In this document: positions 8,282-19,200 of the stretch, piece after piece
Layout: every line of letters begins with the position of its first letter
Numbering within the stretch: the stretch's first letter is position 1
Source of the DNA: Nostoc punctiforme PCC 73102
GTDB taxonomy: Bacteria > Cyanobacteriota > Cyanobacteriia > Cyanobacteriales > Nostocaceae
Direction of reading: 5' to 3'
Assembly: GCF_000020025.1 (NCBI RefSeq)
Contig: NC_010628.1
Coordinates: 2,640,001 to 2,672,000, forward strand
Length of the DNA stretch: 32,000 bases
Program-made: the position numbers and the translations under genes
Notes under the pieces: generated by a model
The model's database searches: none
What the model was told of the DNA's origin: nothing
What the model saw: only the letters and a program-made list of their open reading frames with translations

Positions 8282-9337
8282 TTATGCCGTAGGCTGCGAT
8301 GTTTCTCGCCCAACCTCAGATAATATCTCTGAAAGCTTCACTTTCTGCCCAGAAGAAGGAACTATCAAAGTTTCCGAGTCAAAATGTATCCGAGGCGTTT
8401 TTATAATTAATGAAAGTACTGTTAAGTAAGGAAGTGAAACATATTCATTTCCAAAATTTTGGCGTAAAGCTTGACTAACTAGAGGCGCAAACTGGTGACT
8501 CATACTTGGAAAAAGATGATGCTCAACATGGTAGCCAAAATTAAGATGCAAAAAAGCTAATACTGGATTAATTGTGACAGTAATTGTATTGTGTAATGGA
8601 TGATTTACATCAGAGTTAGTCGGACGTAATAAGTGTTGTGTAAGAATGTATGACACATAAATAAAGTTTCCCAATAACATCGGCAAGACGATGATATAAA
8701 GACTTGCGCGATCGCCGATCGCGCTCCCAAGTAAAATCCAAAATAAAATCATCAAAATAGTTTCAATCTTGGCTCTCAATCGATTGAACCCAAATTTATC
8801 TGCTAAATCCGAATCTGTCTTATAAAACCAGAGTACATATTGTCCCTCAAGGGTGAATAAGCAAAAAAAGCCAATGTAGCTGAACCAGTTATGTGTACCC
8901 GGAGTAAACATAGCTCTCAACCTAGTTACGGGACTTTTGGAGAACTCTTCAATTGTTCCGACGAAATCAGGATCCCGTTCCACAAAATTAGTATATCCAT
9001 GATGGCACTGACAATGCCAAAATTTCCATGTTAATGGTGATATCAGAAATGGAATATATCCCAAATAGCCGAGAAAATATTGCCCAAAATTGGATTGAAA
9101 AATTGCCCCATGTAGTGCCTCATGTGCAATAAAACCCCATATTGTATATATTTGTCCAATGACAATAGATAACAACAAGTAAACATACCAAGGTAGAGAA
9201 TACTGGATAATAATCCAAGAACAAGCTATGACAATAGATATCAACAAAATAGCAGCGATACCCCTCATTGGCTGGGGCTGAAATACATCGCTTGGCAATG
9301 ATTCTCTAAGTTTATTTCTAATTGCGTGTAATTCCAT
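8282..9337 (-). CDS. Membrane-bound di-iron fatty-acid desaturase family protein (paralog 1)
   Basis: 351 aa with several hydrophobic helices. Three His boxes are present: HEALHG, HCQCHHGYTN and HVEHHLFP. It is roughly three-quarters identical by eye to the adjacent paralog. Confidence 0.85.
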   Translation of the reverse strand: MELHAIRNKLRESLPSDVFQPQPMRGIAAILLISIVIACSWIIIQYSLPWYVYLLLSIVIGQIYTIWGFIAHEALHGAIFQSNFGQYFLGYLGYIPFLISPLTWKFWHCQCHHGYTNFVERDPDFVGTIEEFSKSPVTRLRAMFTPGTHNWFSYIGFFCLFTLEGQYVLWFYKTDSDLADKFGFNRLRAKIETILMILFWILLGSAIGDRASLYIIVLPMLLGNFIYVSYILTQHLLRPTNSDVNHPLHNTITVTINPVLAFLHLNFGYHVEHHLFPSMSHQFAPLVSQALRQNFGNEYVSLPYLTVLSLIIKTPRIHFDSETLIVPSSGQKVKLSEILSEVGRETSQPTA

Positions 9338-9563
9338 ATTTGTACTTTATATTCAACCAAAAAGTTGTTAATTATTAACAGAAAAAATGCCGTACAACTG
9401 CTGTATATAACTTTTCTTAATCAAATGAGATACATTATAGTCCCTCTTTCCAGGAAGGGGGTTGAAAATAGGATTATTTATCTCACTCAACAGATAAAGC
9501 CAATTCACGAAAAATATGCTGAGTCTCACTTTTTGAATTTTGAATTTGAATTAGTATAACTCC

Positions 9564-10601
9564 TTACTTCTGTGTCATCCATACTATAATGTCTGAAATT
9601 TGCGTTTTCTCCCCAGAAGAAGGATTTATCAAAGTTTCCGAGTCAAAATATATCCGAGGAGTTTTAATAGCTGACAATAGGACTTTTAAGTAAGGAATTA
9701 AAACATATTCATCAGCAAAATGTTGGCGTAAAACTTGACTAACTAGGGGAGCAAATTTTGGACTCATACTGGGAAAAAGATGATGTTCTACATGGTAACC
9801 ACCATTAAGATGAATAAAATCGATTATCGGATGTGTTGTCACGCTGATTGTGTTTTGCAGTGGATTATTTACATCGGAGTTGGTAGGGCGTAAAAAGTGT
9901 TGTGTGACAATGTAGGTCACATGAGAGAAGTTTGCTATTGCCATCGGCATAATGATGATATAAAGACTTGCTTGAAAGCCAATCATCACACCAAGGAAAG
10001 ACCAAAATAAAATCATCAAAATAGTTTCAATCTTAGCTCTCAATCGATTGAATCCAAATTTACGTGCTAAATCTGAATCTTTCTCGTAAACCCAAAGCAC
10101 GTATTGTCCTTGAAGTGTCAAACCACAAAAAAAGCCAATGTAGCTCATCCAGTGTTGTATCCCTGGATTAAGCATGGCTCTCAAACGAGTTATAGGACTT
10201 TTGGAAAATGTCTCAATTGTCCCGACAAAATCGGGATCTCGTTCGGCAAAATTAGTATATCCATGATGACACTGACAATGCCAAAATTTCCATGTTAATG
10301 GTGATATCAAAAATGAAGTATATCCCAAATAACCAAGGAAATACTGACCAAAACTTGATTGAAAAATCGAACCGTGTAATGCCTCATGTCCGATCAAATC
10401 CCATATAAAATATATTTGACCAATAATAATTGATATCAGTAAGCATAGATACCAGGGTGGAGAATAATGGATAATCAACCAGGAAAAAACTATGACAACA
10501 GGTATCAAGAGAATGGCAACTATACCTCTCATTGGTTGAAGTTGGAAGACATCACTGCTTAAGGATTCTCGAACCTTATTTCTAATGAGATGTAATTCCA
10601 T
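9564..10601 (-). CDS. Membrane-bound di-iron fatty-acid desaturase family protein (paralog 2)
   Basis: 345 aa with the same three His boxes (HEALHG, HCQCHHGYTN, HVEHHLFP) and the same N-terminus MELH.IRNK.RESL.SDVFQ.QPMRGI as paralog 1. Confidence 0.85.
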   Translation of the reverse strand: MELHLIRNKVRESLSSDVFQLQPMRGIVAILLIPVVIVFSWLIIHYSPPWYLCLLISIIIGQIYFIWDLIGHEALHGSIFQSSFGQYFLGYLGYTSFLISPLTWKFWHCQCHHGYTNFAERDPDFVGTIETFSKSPITRLRAMLNPGIQHWMSYIGFFCGLTLQGQYVLWVYEKDSDLARKFGFNRLRAKIETILMILFWSFLGVMIGFQASLYIIIMPMAIANFSHVTYIVTQHFLRPTNSDVNNPLQNTISVTTHPIIDFIHLNGGYHVEHHLFPSMSPKFAPLVSQVLRQHFADEYVLIPYLKVLLSAIKTPRIYFDSETLINPSSGEKTQISDIIVWMTQK

Positions 10602-10669
10602 ATTGTGGCTCCTATGTAATTAACAATTTACTATCTTGAGTCTTGCTCTGACTTAATTAAATGCCTGAA

Positions 10670-12160
10670 TTACATATGGATAGATTGCCCAGCGTCGATA
10701 AGGAGAATACTGCCATTGATGCGTTTAACTTCTTCTCGCAGAAGATAGGAAACCATGTCAGCGACATCTTCGGGCATACAAAGTTTGTTACCGAGTGAAA
10801 TAGATTCCCAATAAGGAATTAGCTTCTCGCTATCAGGCCATTTATTGATTAGTTCACCGTACACGGGGCCAGAACTAATACAGTTAACTTGGATATTATA
10901 CGGCTCGAATTCCATAGCAAGATATCGCGTTAATGCCTCTACCGCAGCTTTAACAGTAGCCATACAGCCAAAATAAGGAATGTAACGATGAGCCGCATTT
11001 GTAGAAAGAGTAATAATTTTTCCACCTCCTTGCTTCTTCATCAATTTGGCAGCACGTAACGCTCCCTGGTGAAGTCCAATTACATTCGTGTGAAATGCTT
11101 TATCTAAATGTTCTACTTTAATCTCTTCTAAGGGAGCAAGCATTCCATTAGAAGCATTGCTAATAAAAAAGTCAAGCCTGCCAAATTCAGCCTCAATTTT
11201 GTCAAAAAGTTGATGAAGCTGTGTTTCATTAGCCACAGATCCCCAAATATGAATAGCCTTACCACCATTGGCTATAATCTCAGCCGCAGTTTCTTCTCCG
11301 CTAGCAGTGGAATGAAAAGAATTAACAATAACAGTCGCACCCAACTCTGCTAAATGCTGGGCAATAACTTTACCTAAACCTCTTCCAGATCCTGTGATTA
11401 AGGCAATTTTGTGAGCTAATGGTTTGTTACTTTCTTGATATAGCGATGATGTCAATGATTTTACCTGTTCATTACCATCAGATAAGGGTAATTGTGCAGT
11501 TTTTCTATTGCCATTAACTTCGGGTAAAGATAATTCAACTTTCACAGGAAAATCGTTGCTGACAATAAACTGGCTAATGGCAACAGCAACATCAGAGATA
11601 GTGCGTAGTTGTTGCTGAGGAATATTTAACTGAGTTAGCGGTGGTAATTTGTAGTGTTCTCTGAGAACAGAAAATACTTCTCCGAGTTTGACAGAATCAA
11701 TTCCTAAATCTTCTTCTAAAGAAGCCTGTGCTTCTAAAATTTCCAGTGGATAACGAGTAACTTCAGCAAAGACACGTTGCACGTTAGCCAATACAGATGT
11801 GAAATCGGAAGTAACAGGTGATGGGATTGGCTCTAACTGATGATTAGGAATTGATGATGGTTCAATCTTTTCAGGTACAACAAACTGGCTAATGGCAACA
11901 GCAACATCAGAGATAGTGCGTAGTTGTTGCTGAGGAATATTCAGCTGAGTTAGCGGTGGTAATTTGTAGTGTTCTCTGAGAACAGAAAATACTTCTCCGA
12001 GTTTGACAGAATCAATTCCTAAATCTTCTTCTAAAGAAGCCTGTGTTTCTAAAATTTCTAGTGGATAACGAGTAACTTCAGCAAAGACACGTTGCACGTT
12101 AGTCAATACAGATGTTAGCTCAGAGGTAGTAGCTGATGATGGAATATTTTGTAGAAACAC
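10670..12160 (-). CDS. Tandem ACP-ACP didomain fused to a FabL-like short-chain dehydrogenase (probable enoyl-ACP reductase)
   Basis: GTG start at 12160 with AGGAGA 7 nt upstream. There are two phosphopantetheine sites [10 protein letters not shown] (Ser51 nt 12008-12010; Ser156 nt 11693-11695). The SDR domain has the Rossmann motif [14 protein letters not shown]. The block [27 protein letters not shown] closely resembles the B. subtilis FabL segment [27 protein letters not shown] as I recall it. The ER-versus-KR assignment is less certain than the ACP-ACP-SDR architecture. Confidence 0.8.
   Translation of the reverse strand: [496 protein letters not shown]
11561..12115 (-). repeat. Near-identical tandem duplication (315-nt period) encoding the two ACP domains
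   Basis: The 240-nt blocks 11876-12115 and 11561-11800 differ at about 5 positions by eye. The 80-aa peptides differ at 3 residues (T/A, T/A, V/I). Confidence 0.9.
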
Positions 12161-12290
12161 GATAATTCTCCTATTAGTTGAAGGAATTTATTTATGGGGT
12201 GAGGTATTGAATTAACTGTCCAAGTTCCTCATTACTACAGATGCGGCTATATAGATAAAATTCACCGACCTGGGTTAAAAACCCTTAATT

Positions 12291-13193
12291 TTATTTGTGT
12301 AGTAGCGAATTATCTTCGCGTAATACTTTCAAAACATTCTCTAAGTGAGTATTCAATTCAAAAGCCACGATGCTCAAGATAAGATTTGCCATAATGCTAA
12401 ATGCAGCGTAGGGTGCAAATGTAGATTTGGCATAACTAAACTGAAGTTTTAAAATGTGCAATTGAGAATTAAATCCTATCTTTGGCAGATGTTTTGAGAC
12501 AGTAAATAAAGACGTATCAATCTTGATCTCTAAGTTAGCGAAATCGCAAATATTATTTATTGGCGATATACCTGTTTTCAGGTATGACTCTTTGAGCGTC
12601 CATAGAAGTGTATATAGCTGAGAAATGCTTAATTCATCTTTTATTTGCTGCTGCACCCATAATGTTTCCTGTTTCGAGAAATAAGATTCGTAAAAATTTG
12701 GGCAGTGAGAAATAGGCTCCTCCAAATCTAAGCCGACTGGCCCAGAAGAACTCAGACTGGCGATCGCCAAACCGCCAGCATGAGAAATAGAAAGATACAT
12801 TGCCGAAAGAATATTGCCTTGCCAAAATAATTGTGGCGCTCCTTTTAAGCTAGGGTTAGACGGCAATATTTCAATAGAGCGATACACAATTGGCAAAACT
12901 GTAGCAATATCATTGCATCCCAACTTTTGGATGGTTGGCGGCCAAACAGAGTTGGAGTTTGCCAAGTGAGTATTACTCAGATAGCGGCTGAATAATAATT
13001 TGCAGACAAGTCTGGCTGTAAACCACTCATAACGCCGCCTGGGATGCTTAAATTGATGAAAATAAGCCAGTTCTTTTGCAGATAAATAGTCTTTAGCATG
13101 GACAGCCAGCTCGCCACCGATATCAATGTGCATGGCAGCAATTGTAGGAAGGCATTGAGCGAATTCAGGTAAGTGAGTGGTTGATGGTGGCAT
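12291..13193 (-). CDS. Sfp/HetI-type 4'-phosphopantetheinyl transferase
   Basis: 300 aa. PPTase motifs ISHAGGLAIASLSSSGPVGLDLEE and WTLKESYLKTGI (W.xKE..xK) are present. The gene sits between the megasynthase and the ACP-ACP gene. Confidence 0.75.
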   Translation of the reverse strand: MPPSTTHLPEFAQCLPTIAAMHIDIGGELAVHAKDYLSAKELAYFHQFKHPRRRYEWFTARLVCKLLFSRYLSNTHLANSNSVWPPTIQKLGCNDIATVLPIVYRSIEILPSNPSLKGAPQLFWQGNILSAMYLSISHAGGLAIASLSSSGPVGLDLEEPISHCPNFYESYFSKQETLWVQQQIKDELSISQLYTLLWTLKESYLKTGISPINNICDFANLEIKIDTSLFTVSKHLPKIGFNSQLHILKLQFSYAKSTFAPYAAFSIMANLILSIVAFELNTHLENVLKVLREDNSLLHK

Positions 13194-13240
13194 GAGTGAG
13201 GTTTTTTACACAGGCATTATTTTGATTCCAGGTTTGATTT

Positions 13241-16200
13241 TTATAGCCGAGCCAGTTGTGTACTTTTTTGCAAACCGATCGCTTCTTCCATCAAAACCAA
13301 AACGCGATCGTTCGCATCCATCACTTGCAGCCAATCACAATAAAGGGTATCCCCAGTTTTTTGAGAGTTAGAACCAACAAGAAATAACTCTTGATGCAGT
13401 TGATTGAGTTTCCAATCATTCAAATCAGGTGTCAGAGTAATTTTTTTCCATCCTTGAGGTACAAAAACTGCTCTAGGATCGTTACTGTCCCCGCTACTGG
13501 TTGCTACTCGCAACATGGCATCAATTAAAATTGCGGGTGTACAAAAATCAGATGTTAAACGTAGTTGAGTTGTATTTTTTAATCGAAACTTAGCCCGTCT
13601 GCGATTAGATCCAATCACAATATTGTTAATACAATCAAACATACCTTTGAGCCTCACTGGAGAGTTAGGGTTCATATACGGCTCTTGAATCGTCTCTCCC
13701 TCAAACCCGTTCCAGGTTTCATAACGACCTACTATCGCTTGAGTATTTGCAGCTAGCCGTATATCCATTTCACAATGAACGCAATCTTTTTGTAGTAAAG
13801 TGCCGTTTTTGTGAATAAAATCTGATAGTAACTTCACGTGGATGACAGTTTCATGATTTTTTTCTGTAACAATAGTTGCCTGGGTTTTGAGTAATATTTC
13901 TTGCTCGTTGAAAAATTTAATAAATCTCGAAAATTTACTATTTTCAATGGCGATTAGTTGCAGATTGGGTCGCAGTGCTTGTGCAGCCTGTGCTGCTAAC
14001 TCTTGTTCAAATGTTGCTGGCATGGTCGGAACATCATTTACAAGATGGTCTAATAGATAGGGAGCAGTTTTAATGCTCACATACCACTGCCGTTCATCGC
14101 TAAATTTTTTAGTATTTGCAATATGTTCTCGGGGAGTAATTAAAATATTTTCCTCTGTTTTATTAGCTAGCTTGTTTTCAAGTTTTGCTAAACCTGGAGA
14201 TAGATTATTTTGTGCTGTAACTACATCAATTTGATAGTAATTTTTCTCACCCTCAGTTAATAGCACATTGATAGGTGCAGTAGCTTGTCCATTCAGCAGC
14301 AGAGAGAAAAGTTGTTGTCCTTCTTCAGCCTGGATTGCATGAAGTCCTCGTTCTTGAGACAGCACAGCATATTCCGAACCACGGGTCATACCAATACCTG
14401 CCCAACCCAGCCAAGCGATAGTTGACCAACTACCAGTGAGTAGAGAACTATCCATATAGGCTGCAAAGCGATTCATAAATTCATTAGCAGCCCCATAGTC
14501 TGGTTGACCATCGTTACCAATGTAGCTGAATGCAGAAGTCAATAAATGGAAGTGAACTTTATTATTTGGAGCATATTGATGGCAGGCATTGTACAGATTT
14601 TTCAAACCAGATAATTTTGTAGCAATAATCCGTTGAAATTCAGTAAATGTACGCTTGGGCAAGAGTTTAGATGTTTGAATGCCAGCTCCATGAACCACGA
14701 GGTCAATTCGTCCATAAGTTTTGACTACTTTTGCTACTACCTGATTTACAGCTTCCACATCAGTGATATTGACGTTGACATATTCAAATCGACCGGGCAA
14801 TGCTGACAGATGTTTGAGGGTATGGTGAAGTTCGCGGGCAGCTTGATAATACTCTATCTGGGCTTTGAGTGCTGGCATTTTTTGCGATCGCTCGCGGTGC
14901 AATTGTTCTTGATAAAATCGACTCTCATACTGGGCAAAGTCAGCTTCATCTAGTTCTAAAACCTCGGCGGGCACAGATTTGAGGTCAGTACGACCCAGTA
15001 ACACAACGGTGCAGCCAAAGCGTTGCAGTACTTCTTCCATCAAAACTGCTGTTACACCCCGTCCACCACCTGTAGTAATGACAACAGAATTCTGGTTGAG
15101 AACAGGAGTGTGGTCTTTGGTCACTTCCGCTAGAGACACCAGCTGGAAAATTTGGCGATCGCCATTCATGTAAGATACTTCTACTGGCTTACCTGGTTGA
15201 CTATTTAACTCTGTATCTAACTGTTGCCAAGCATCTTTAATACTTGCTGCACCAGTATTAATACTCTTGCAAATACATTTTGGTAGTTCTCGAGCAACTG
15301 ATTTGATAAAACCAGCTAGCAGACCAGTGTAGGGGCTAAGTTGTCCGGTTTTCCAGGCGTTCAGGCACAGTGTCGCTAGGGCACTATCTCCAGTTTGTAG
15401 CTGGGGGTAAGAGTGACGGACAACCGCAAACAGTAAGTTGAGCAAGGAATCTGAGTCATCTATTGAGATTAATTGCTCGTCGCTGATGGCATTGAGGTTT
15501 TTAATCGCCACAATCGTGTCGTAACGACTAAAATCTAGTTTTTGAACTGTAGCTTTGATGGCATCTTCAGATGTTAGATCGATTTGGATAGCATCTGCAA
15601 TCGCTTTGTTGGCTGGACAGGCAACTATATAGTTCAAATCCTTTAGCATCTGAGTTTGAGCTAATGCTGTCCACAACTCAGGCTGGTCTGTTAAGAAGAG
15701 AATTTGCCTTTTTTCTAGGGGACGCGGCACAGCGATTTTTTCTACAGTAGCCGGAAACAGAGAGGGTGTATAAAAATGGGTGGGCGTTTGATGTAAGGAC
15801 TGAGAATTAATATCCTGTGTCCCTATATATTTTTCGTTTGCAGTTTCTTGAGGAGCAGGGAAAGGCGAGAAAGTTATTTGTCCTTGGCTTGCGGATTTCC
15901 ACTCAACTGCAACTACCTCACGGCTTTGACTAACACGCTCTACAGCTCGTGCAATTTCCACCACTCCAGTAGCTCCATAGAAATCTATGGGAATATTTGA
16001 ACCCGCTACTTCAACGATAGATTCCTGAATTCCTGATGTATTGACATCCAAGGTAGATAAGATAGGGAATCCGTGGGACTGTGCAATTTCAATTGTGGTC
16101 AGTGCTAAGATACAGGCTGCTTCTCCTGTAGGCATGTCCTTACCTGAAGTATGTGCCCCATGACCAACATAGCCATTAATGCTGCCAGCTAAAATTAGGT

Positions 16201-19200
16201 CGCAGTCGTGACTCATCAGCATCAACTCTGCGATACGTAAGGTTTCTAGTAAGGAATCAATACCTGCATCGATGACTATGTTAGGCCCGTTGAAATTAAA
16301 CAGGTTGCACACTTGACCAGCAGTAATATTAGGCATTGAACCAATCAAGGTATATGGAGACGAGGGAGAATTAGCTTGCTGGATGGCAGTAAATAGCTTT
16401 TGGCAAAGACGCTCAAAATCAATATCTGATTGTGAGAAATGTCCAGGTTTGGACTGTAAAAGCCTCCGCAGCCGGTCTAGAAACAGACGCTCGTTGACGG
16501 TAATGCCTCGCCCAGTTTTTCCAGGCATCCCAATTACAACTCCAGTTCTACTTTGGAGAGCTAATGCTTTTTCTCCCAGACCTCGGAGTGCTTTTTCAGT
16601 TGCCATTACACTGAGGTACTGACTGGCATCCATACGATCTGTGACATCAGGTAATAGCCGTCGCTTGACTGGCAATTGCAGTGTCTCTCGGGCAAACTGC
16701 TTGACTTGAATATCTGGAACTGAATTTTCTTGCAGTCCGTTTAAGGATGGAAATAAAGTACCAATTCCTACTAACGCTAGCGGTCTACGTAGAGAATGAG
16801 TATTCGGTCTTTGAGAAAACTGCCGATGGTAACTAGGATCGTAAGCTTCAATAATTAAGTTGGCGTTAGTACCTCCAAAACCAAAGCCATTTACTGCTGC
16901 ACGGCGGGGTTGTCCGGCTATGTTATTCGGCCAAGGCAATGGTGTTGTCGGAATGGATAAACAAGAACCTTGAAGTTCAATATCTTTATTGGGTGATTTG
17001 TAGTTATACTGACGTGGAATAGTTTGGGCTTTTAAAGCTTGGCAAACTTTAATAATAGAAGCTGTTCCGGCTACCCAGCCAGTATGACCAATCAAAGCTT
17101 TGACACTACCCAAATAAATTGGCGGTAAATTTGCTTCTCGTTTGTCGAACACTTCAGACAGCGACTTAAACTCTGTACCATCGCCAACTGGTGTAGCGGT
17201 TGCATGGGCTTCAATGTACTGAATCGTATTCGGATTTATCTGGGCGTTCTCACAAGCTCGCTGACATGCTAATACTTGACCAACTTTAGTAGGTACATTC
17301 ACAGCAGCACTCTTACCATCACTTGATGTCCCAACACCCCGGATGATGCCGTGGATGCGATCTCCAGCAGCGATCGCATCAGGTAAGCGTTTGAGTGCTA
17401 GAATAGCTGCTCCTTCGCTGAAAACTACTCCATCTGCGGTAGCATCGAAGGGGCGGCTACCTGTGGCAGAAAGACCTTTGAACTGAGCAAATAGACAGTT
17501 CATCGCTACTCCCGGTGCGAATACACCCCCCGAAAGTACTAGGTCGCTTTCATGGTTTTGTAGTAGTTTGATGCCGATGTCAACGGTGTAAAGGGAAGAA
17601 GCACAGGCAGCATCTAAGAGTAAGGTTTTTACACCATCGCCTAAGAATTTCTGGACTACGCGCTTGTAACATAGGTCAGGTGCGAGAAATTCGTGTTCTC
17701 CACTTTTTCGTCCTAGCAAGGTTTGTAGGGAATTGCTAAAAGTGGTACGCAACTGCTCTGGTTCGTCTAGTTTCTCAACGAAATACTTTAAGCTTTCAGC
17801 AAACAGAGCTTCATCGTACTCTTTGATGCCGTCAGCTGTGGAGCCAAGGAGACAATGCACTTTTTTGGTAGCAGATACTTGCTGATGAATGGGATTGAGA
17901 CACTGAGCTAATGCTTTAGCAAGTAGTTGCTGACCTCTTGTTAAGTTGTTGAATTCTTCGAGACTGTACGGTATACCTTTTTCATATTCCACCTGATTGA
18001 TTCTGCCACTGAGTAAAGTGTAGGTTTTCTCAGGAATTACAGATCCATCAGACATAAAATCTGGTACTAAGGAAGGATCGATGAGGCCTAAATCAACAAT
18101 GCCGGTGACTCCATCTTGAATATTTCGCCAGTATGCTTGTGGACTATCAGCTCCAGGTAGCAAGCAACCCATAGAAACAATAGCAATGGGAACGTTAGTG
18201 CCATTCGTGTCTGAGTCAGATGATAATGCTGCCGAGCTAAAAGCCGTTACTTCTTCAGGCTCGATTTCCCATTTCCCATACTCAAAAGCTTCATCCACAA
18301 CGGGATGGAGTTTTTCATTATTTTCTGGTGTAGGCTGCGGATGAGATAGCTGCCCAGAATATGTCTGTACAATGTGTTGCAGTCCTTCAATTATATTGCG
18401 ATCGTCAGACATCACAGACTGGGCGATCGCTTCTGGTTCAGATGGCAAGTTCTTTTGCACTAACTTTGTCAAGACTCTGCTTGCACCGCACTCGATAAAC
18501 GAATGGACGCCTTGTTGCTGGAGTATTTTTACAGCTTGAGAGAAGTTAACAACTTGGATGAAATGTGCAGCTAGAGTTTGAGGAAAATCAGTATTTGCAG
18601 TGTAAAAAGCTTTATTTATTGGTGAATATACTGGGATTTTTGGCGCTTGGAACGAGAACTGCTGTAAACTTGAGCAAAAAGATGCAACAGCTGGAGCTAA
18701 CAAAGCTGAGTGGAAAGGATATCGGCTTTTGAGAAAAGTGCAAGAAATGCCCAGGGGAACTAGCTCAGATTCAACCTGCTGGAGTTCTGTATAAAGTCCA
18801 GACAAAACAATTTGCTGTGGATGGTTGATAACCGCTACTGTTAAAGCAGTTTTTTTGATGGCGCTAAAAAGTTCCGTCAACCGTTGGGCACCGCAGGCGA
18901 TCGCCATCATACCACCAATATTGCTGGCAAAATTACGTAAAACTTGTATCCGTTGGCATACAATTTCGACGCTTGTCTCAAAGTCAAAAACACCGCCAAT
19001 GGTCAAGGCGGTTAATTCTCCAAAGCTATGGCCGACCAAAATATCTGGGTGCAGTCCTTGCTCAATCAAAAGTTCGGCAATGATGATATTTGTCAATAAA
19101 ATGCCTATTTGATCGAGGTCTGGACATTGTTGCAGCAAAAACTGATGTTCGTCATTGGACTGAGCTTGGATCAATGTTAAAAAGGAATAACCCAAATAAC

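Noticed and set aside
8068-8313. Track ORF 8068-8313(-), 81 aa, between desaturase 1 and devB
   Set aside because: It overlaps the 3' end of the desaturase gene out of frame and has no RBS or motif. The region is more plausibly the devB promoter/leader.
9366-9380. Palindrome TGTTAAT-T-ATTAACA, 29-43 nt upstream of the desaturase 1 start, as a possible operator
   Set aside because: A 7+7 palindrome is expected about twice by chance in a window this size, and more often in AT-rich DNA. No second copy was seen upstream of the paralog.
9365-9559. Track ORF 9365-9559(+), 64 aa, between the two desaturase genes
   Set aside because: It is an AT-rich intergenic spacer on the opposite strand to the whole operon, with no motif. 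It is probably spurious.
10104-19112. Track ORFs 10104-10298(+), 12634-12825(-), 13177-13371(+), 14979-15173(+), 16383-16622(+) and 18825-19112(+), inside or overlapping the cluster genes
   Set aside because: All are short frames antisense to, or out of frame with, long ORFs that carry unambiguous desaturase, PPTase or PKS motifs. They have Arg/Ser/Pro-rich antisense-type composition.
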